The notes below the pieces were generated by a model. It searched no databases. It was not told the DNA's origin and was given only the letters and a program-made list of their open reading frames with translations. Positions 27,001-30,037 of a stretch of DNA of 30,037 nucleotides are shown here, one piece after another (position 1 is the first letter of the stretch; every line of letters starts with the position of its first letter). This DNA comes from an uncultured virus (IMG/VR IMGVR_UViG_3300021185_002316). Lineage: Duplodnaviria; Heunggongvirae; Uroviricota; Caudoviricetes. The stretch is taken from the IMG/VR virus record IMGVR_UViG_3300021185_002316, one strand, 5' to 3'. A program made the translations under genes and the position numbers.

Positions 27001-30000
27001 AGTTAAGTATACCTATACTAATTATGTTTATTCGTTTGTACCTAATAATGCAATTGTATATGTGGCTAATCCGCCGTGCAATAGTTCTACTGGTCCTACA
27101 GTACAGAATGAATCTGTAAGCTACAGTGATTTAAGATCAGGGGTAACAAAAGATTTATATACAGTTAATACAAATACTAATACTTATTCGCAATTAACTA
27201 AAATTTCATTTGTAGCATATTATAACACTGGAGATAACGGAGTGTCTAGATGTGCGCAAACTATTTCTACAGAAGTAGAGTATATAGATCCAATTATAGG
27301 ATGCTTTGAATCTGACGCTTTTAATTATTATTTAAATAATAATTATGAAGGTTCTGATATTGCATACTATGAAGCAGACTGTACAGTTCAATATATTAAT
27401 TCAACTACCCAACCGAATTTAACTATACCAGGTCTTTGCTACCCTATTATTGAAGGGTGTACCAATTCTGAAGCAAGTAATTACGTGCAGCCTGTTCTAG
27501 ATGTTCAACTTGATGTCAATACAGAAGGCGAGTGTCGGTTTAATGGCTGTACAGATCCTGCTGCAGACAACTACGATGCTCTTGCCACAGATGACAATGA
27601 TTCTTGCTATAAAGAAGGATGTACTAGAGCTTGGGCAGACAACTATGATGAACTAGCAACTTTAGATGATGGAAGTTGTTTTGCAACTGCTTGTACTCAG
27701 CCTAACGTATATACATCTCATTTCTGTTTAGATGATAGTAACCCTTGTTTTAGTTCTGCAGCAAATACTGCTAATGGTATTACTACAAGCTACGATGCTA
27801 CAGCGTTAAATTCTGACGACACTTTATGTTTATATGCAGGGTGTACAGATAACGGGGAGATAAATTCATTTAGCAGTCAGTCTATAGTTTCTGATCATTA
27901 TGCAGAATTCCCTTGGATTAACAACTTTTTAACAGCAAATAATCTTACTCAATACGTATCTACGTTACTTGCGGAAATACCAGCTTTTGAAACTACCCCT
28001 CAAGATCCTGGTCAACCAGCATCTAATTATAATTCTTTAGCGACTGTAAGTTCTGATACTTGTAGCTATGAAGGTTGTACGGATCCTATTGCATCTAATT
28101 ATGATGCTGATGCTACAACAGATGATGGGTCATGTACTTACTTTGCGTGTATAGAAGAAGGAGCTGCTAATTTTGGAGAAGGTATTACATCTGGGACAAC
28201 AGCAGAAACTATCGATCTTAGTCTTGCTACAAATGAATGTGAAGGTCCAAATTTATTATCTACAAACAGATTTAAATTAAATGAATACTGGACAGAAGTT
28301 AATGCAACTGAAGGAGATACTGAAGATTACACATTTACTTCCGCTTCTACTTACACGACCGGAGTGTTAACTAAAACTATTATTTCGCCTTTTAGTCCAA
28401 ATGATAATCCGTACAGTATATTAGAACCTGTATTTGATGAAGGATTTACTCCTCAAGTTGTAAATGGGGGAGATATAAATACAACTATACAGTACCCTAC
28501 ATACAATCAAGTAAGCACAGGAAATAATGATTACATTTATAGATATATTTTAAGAGTAACAATTTCTCGAAAAAATATAAATGAATCCACTAATCTTGAT
28601 GATTACCTAATAAAAATTAAAGAGTACTCTGTAATTAATAGCCTTGACCCAAATAATTTAACTGCAGCAGCAATAGCTGATCTTGAGTCTGGGAATGTTG
28701 ATTTACTTCAAACTGTTACTCTTGCTTCGGCAGGGAATAATGTGTACGAAACAACTGATGGGTATATCCCTCACCAACTTAGCCAAGTAGTAGTTGTTGA
28801 AATAAGTGGAGGTGGAGCTAATTCTGAATCTACAATTACAGACATGACTTTAACAAGAGATCTTTGTATAGACCCATTGTTAAATTTAGACTCTACAGAA
28901 ATGGCGACGCTTAATGCGCAAGATATATATATTAATAGTATAAACGTTGATTTCTATTCTGAACTTGGAGCATCTTTAATAACAGATGGTAACTTTGAAG
29001 CTATGTTAGGTAATATTGTAGACGGTTACAATGAAGGAACTTTAATACAACAAAACTGGGCGAGTTCTACTGAAGCATTACCAGGAATATCTAATTGGAC
29101 GACACTGCATGGGAATATGACAGGAGCTGATTGGTTTAACCCTACAAGTATAGAAAGTTGGAATAGAGATTACTACGCAGCATATGACCAAACTGTATTA
29201 GTAGTAAATGCTGATCCAAACCAGCATGGAGCAATCTTGATGTCACAAACTGGTACATTTGACGGTAATATTCATCTTAGTCAGCCTGTTACATATACAA
29301 CTGGTAAAATTTATAAACTTACGTTTACAGCCGCATTAGTTAAAAATACAGGAACTACTAATACTACGTTAAGTGTACATACAAATGTAACGTACGACTC
29401 AACTGCAGCTGTTCAAACAACAGTAACCGACACTTCTTTAGTAGCTACTCAAGAAATTACAGATCTTTTAACAGAGCATACTAGATACTTTACTGCAACA
29501 GCTGAGATGAATGGGCTTTCTTTTTCAATACCTGGAAATAGTACATCTGTAAGAGTGTTATTTATCTCTGTAGCTGAAGCTACTCCTAATTTATTTAACT
29601 CAAACACAGATAGATGTTATTTATTTGGGTGTAACGAAGCTTGGGCAACTAATTATAATGCCGACTTTGGGAATGAAGATTATTTTATAAATGTACCTGC
29701 AGGTGAAGAAGGGCCACAAGGTGAAGCAGGATGCTTCTTAGAAGGGTGTATGAATTCATTAGCTGACAATTACGATCCTAACGCAACAATTAATGATGGG
29801 TCTTGTATTAAATATGGTTGTACAGATAATGGGTACGCTCCTAACAATATTTTATCTCCTTACCCATTAGGGCAAGAGGCAGATAATTATGATCCAACAG
29901 CAACTACTAATGAAACAAGTGCTGCTAATTCAACATCTCCATGTTTATACACGGGGTGTATGAACTCGACAATAGATGGTGTAGTACAACAAAATTATAA

Positions 30001-30037
30001 TGAAGCTTACAATGTTTCTGGTGATTGTTATTCTCAG
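21026..30037 (+). CDS. giant (>=3004 aa) Cys-repeat, multi-lectin-domain protein; probable fibre/adhesin; 3' end outside window
   Basis: ATG 21026 (MAAEQQILG...). The same frame reads sensibly at all points checked and at the window end (...EAYNVSGDCYSQ). Absence from the ORF track is consistent with no stop before the edge. Confidence 0.92.
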   Translation, partial: MAAEQQILGNQFNLKSNTIELQNGSKPLEVGKAYALILPFKTDTGELYRQKDFIIPNTEKGDASRVLKFVDFVPFIKYCTFAVKSIRSVKGNNQYIGSLYLRQADYATQREILRYTEALKHWTRGIVDVIDRDGNDIEQLPILTTLGELTKIKSTDKDSCINSFDNGFTTTDGFTGSCISFNDPRIVRKCTDPAALNYNTVKLIKGETDYCAYEPGSKDFDDSTTVNIINGMYHLLLANTGVYGQYEFWVMHGSMSSPITDLSWDTNLSGSFTETHSGINGPTVTYGPGTHTISVIVSLGDSPSGWGSSNNEVQLTIDLVVEANVAGCTDFNAFNYNPNATSDDGSCEAVLQGCMDNGSYSTTTTLVNNQGNSNTSFTITSPVPGTAATNYNSNVNVHDYRSCEYTGCTDPEADNTLVGNPLIVHLTPCTNNCCEYTEDVNGCTDPGVLDAATYNPSSVYSTYVTPEANIADVNPGYSNFNYNPYATVNDGTCFIKKPGCMDPEASNYSTPIGNPQFDVNWHLQSLCQYEYCSDVNANNDVQSADHDVYTMSWTQGNFWDESLATANGLTITPAHVNYLNNNSLCNFDVDVLDICNINSEFDDYGDNIDAGVIGYANTATAGELDTTTSGDACLSQLTETASTTVNGFTYNTPTAEKVTLQVIDQDNPVLFLTDPEKYGTLVYSYTGSTGGGANITLPNIDESSATTLAGQLSAAGYNSDLVPSVYFYFRIVDTAENSNTGLTLNPAIDQPVKHQFNNAEIVEVRYSDGAYYYLPSTAPGTVSTFQAGSANTTIPAGYAPGTINGLVLSSTDTNAGGGVDCEHATVDEGLAAGQYMYTVYRIKMTNPCSLNAINFLIGYDAATVYPNLEILADPAFNGQTLGCTNPIADNYDEAAAYSVSVPMNNWPNYLANGGCYITGCIDEYYSGNLDNNIVVSANTLLGTNIPVQVGQYLEAYDGVIYKIYNSQAYICRIEDYSVPNNDGLFNFEVAFSLTYQAGSFDLIPNEWTVPSAEDLISMSTNIASSGSGFLGEFNFTSGEYWSSSLSIADPNQYGQTYNIVTNPATTVDRLFSSKYRIRLHKIIPLADIINGDVDITDCGENAEVIGCTDAAATNYNPEATTNINPIAGDTDHVCQYEFTTSTFEDELLPIILNTEGNTFETLAEYEENVESYFNTVGFTNDPLLAFYGDDISGYTPSDPNVGVVSSASPCISELSSGLSNIEYTSGSYNFNYTRFEDRAASFKIQVIGQQLLNSAERNYKVYLNNPTKDSIFLSTIEAGAHLSATPSTYLLANETTAITNIYPPSLAEALAQEFQNQGYQGNVSLNNLVTYRFRFDKNIALKDGVTHTDIINYISNNAFLTSANAVIKDVRGGFLWPAFDFNGLHSDMANYPSESVLAGEDKRFHFGFTPNSKFEEYGHYVTNGVNLITSNSNFASNLNDWTVIPGSTNSTLAWNSSYNGSAQRSLSTDAIGNRTGLKRSIAVVSGNKYKITYSRAVLDITPGQMQATKTYVEVQTAGNNIGEFTEIAVQNATSSDLVTTSGTFTYTGLDSTVDLYFYFDPQVVGFLSSFEVEKVISYPDGYVYSEAPCDDTKIPSAFVYNVNMDVSDGLGELDFSPYVEYVEPENTGCMDATALNYDENATFTNGNLADCLYYLDNCAGTGVDIEVDVESADEGCGREITVKVKACDNVVSNATISIIVLQKITDNTGVSPTTSFEPIFTIGDIEPCIDGVSNTDGVAILAGFTYDPTTAELFSGAIAESNVTYITGQTAGENPINIYHSEFQIQYSEFYLDPESGETEEYLFDYNPATDFQSVNFTIDPIINGCTNADAFNYNSNATCNDGSCVDIVEGCTDVAAFNYNPLANTDKGCIPVIEGCTDIEAYNANYTTDEVESTSPAGANYLYGNIQNLPAVPSVGDASINTPTNEDLCFYCPQLQVSDQGEHIAQEITTLNISPDLVTTKQITFTWNSIINVDNQDVTLADSNGDPVEVQVKYTYTNYVYSFVPNNAIVYVANPPCNSSTGPTVQNESVSYSDLRSGVTKDLYTVNTNTNTYSQLTKISFVAYYNTGDNGVSRCAQTISTEVEYIDPIIGCFESDAFNYYLNNNYEGSDIAYYEADCTVQYINSTTQPNLTIPGLCYPIIEGCTNSEASNYVQPVLDVQLDVNTEGECRFNGCTDPAADNYDALATDDNDSCYKEGCTRAWADNYDELATLDDGSCFATACTQPNVYTSHFCLDDSNPCFSSAANTANGITTSYDATALNSDDTLCLYAGCTDNGEINSFSSQSIVSDHYAEFPWINNFLTANNLTQYVSTLLAEIPAFETTPQDPGQPASNYNSLATVSSDTCSYEGCTDPIASNYDADATTDDGSCTYFACIEEGAANFGEGITSGTTAETIDLSLATNECEGPNLLSTNRFKLNEYWTEVNATEGDTEDYTFTSASTYTTGVLTKTIISPFSPNDNPYSILEPVFDEGFTPQVVNGGDINTTIQYPTYNQVSTGNNDYIYRYILRVTISRKNINESTNLDDYLIKIKEYSVINSLDPNNLTAAAIADLESGNVDLLQTVTLASAGNNVYETTDGYIPHQLSQVVVVEISGGGANSESTITDMTLTRDLCIDPLLNLDSTEMATLNAQDIYINSINVDFYSELGASLITDGNFEAMLGNIVDGYNEGTLIQQNWASSTEALPGISNWTTLHGNMTGADWFNPTSIESWNRDYYAAYDQTVLVVNADPNQHGAILMSQTGTFDGNIHLSQPVTYTTGKIYKLTFTAALVKNTGTTNTTLSVHTNVTYDSTAAVQTTVTDTSLVATQEITDLLTEHTRYFTATAEMNGLSFSIPGNSTSVRVLFISVAEATPNLFNSNTDRCYLFGCNEAWATNYNADFGNEDYFINVPAGEEGPQGEAGCFLEGCMNSLADNYDPNATINDGSCIKYGCTDNGYAPNNILSPYPLGQEADNYDPTATTNETSAANSTSPCLYTGCMNSTIDGVVQQNYNEAYNVSGDCYSQ
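21590..30037 (+). repeat. ~20-25 dispersed GC[TM]Dxx AxNY...A..DDGSC protein repeats
   Basis: Examples: GCTDFNAFNYNPNATSDDGSC (~22004), GCTNADAFNYNSNATCNDGSC (~26498), GCTDPIASNYDADATTDDGSC (~28073), GCMNSLADNYDPNATINDGSC (~29744). Confidence 0.92.

Noticed and set aside
1..30037. Stop-codon reassignment (TAG/TGA), known in some crAss-like phages
   Set aside because: Core genes are intact in code 11, and TAG and TGA end genes at sensible places. The apparent ORF gaps at 1-1346 and 21026-30037 are edge-truncated genes.
21590..30037. CRISPR array or DGR template/variable repeat pair
   Set aside because: The repeats are degenerate at DNA level, conserved only as protein, and irregularly spaced; no cas or RT gene is in the window.

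Overview
This window is a ~30 kb AT-rich segment of a crAss-like (Crassvirales-related) dsDNA phage. Its host is most likely a Bacteroidota (probably an aquatic flavobacterium), judging from TAnnTTTG promoters and A-rich starts without Shine-Dalgarno sites. Bases 1-5090 are a minus-strand early/replication arm: a truncated family A DNA polymerase (not in the ORF track), a possible SSB and many small hypothetical genes. Bases 5091-5922 are a divergent switch region with three host-type promoters, two candidate structured transcripts and a 49-aa Cys-rich microprotein. From 5923 the plus strand carries a late operon: GroES, a wHTH protein, a Cys-rich protein, HU/IHF, a probable small terminase, the large terminase, portal, a 780-aa modular protein punctuated by 'xxxGG' motifs, scaffold, major capsid, conserved head/tail genes, and an unlisted ORF of at least 3004 codons (21026 to window end) built of Cys-rich GCTD repeats and lectin-like modules. 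The standard genetic code fits throughout. The most unusual items are an armless tRNA-like minihelix with an adjacent pseudoknot, a ~270-nt multi-stem RNA with loop-loop complementarity, the GG-punctuated polyprotein, a free-standing RNR-tail-like peptide, and the giant repeat adhesin. All product calls come from motif recognition by eye; no searches were run.
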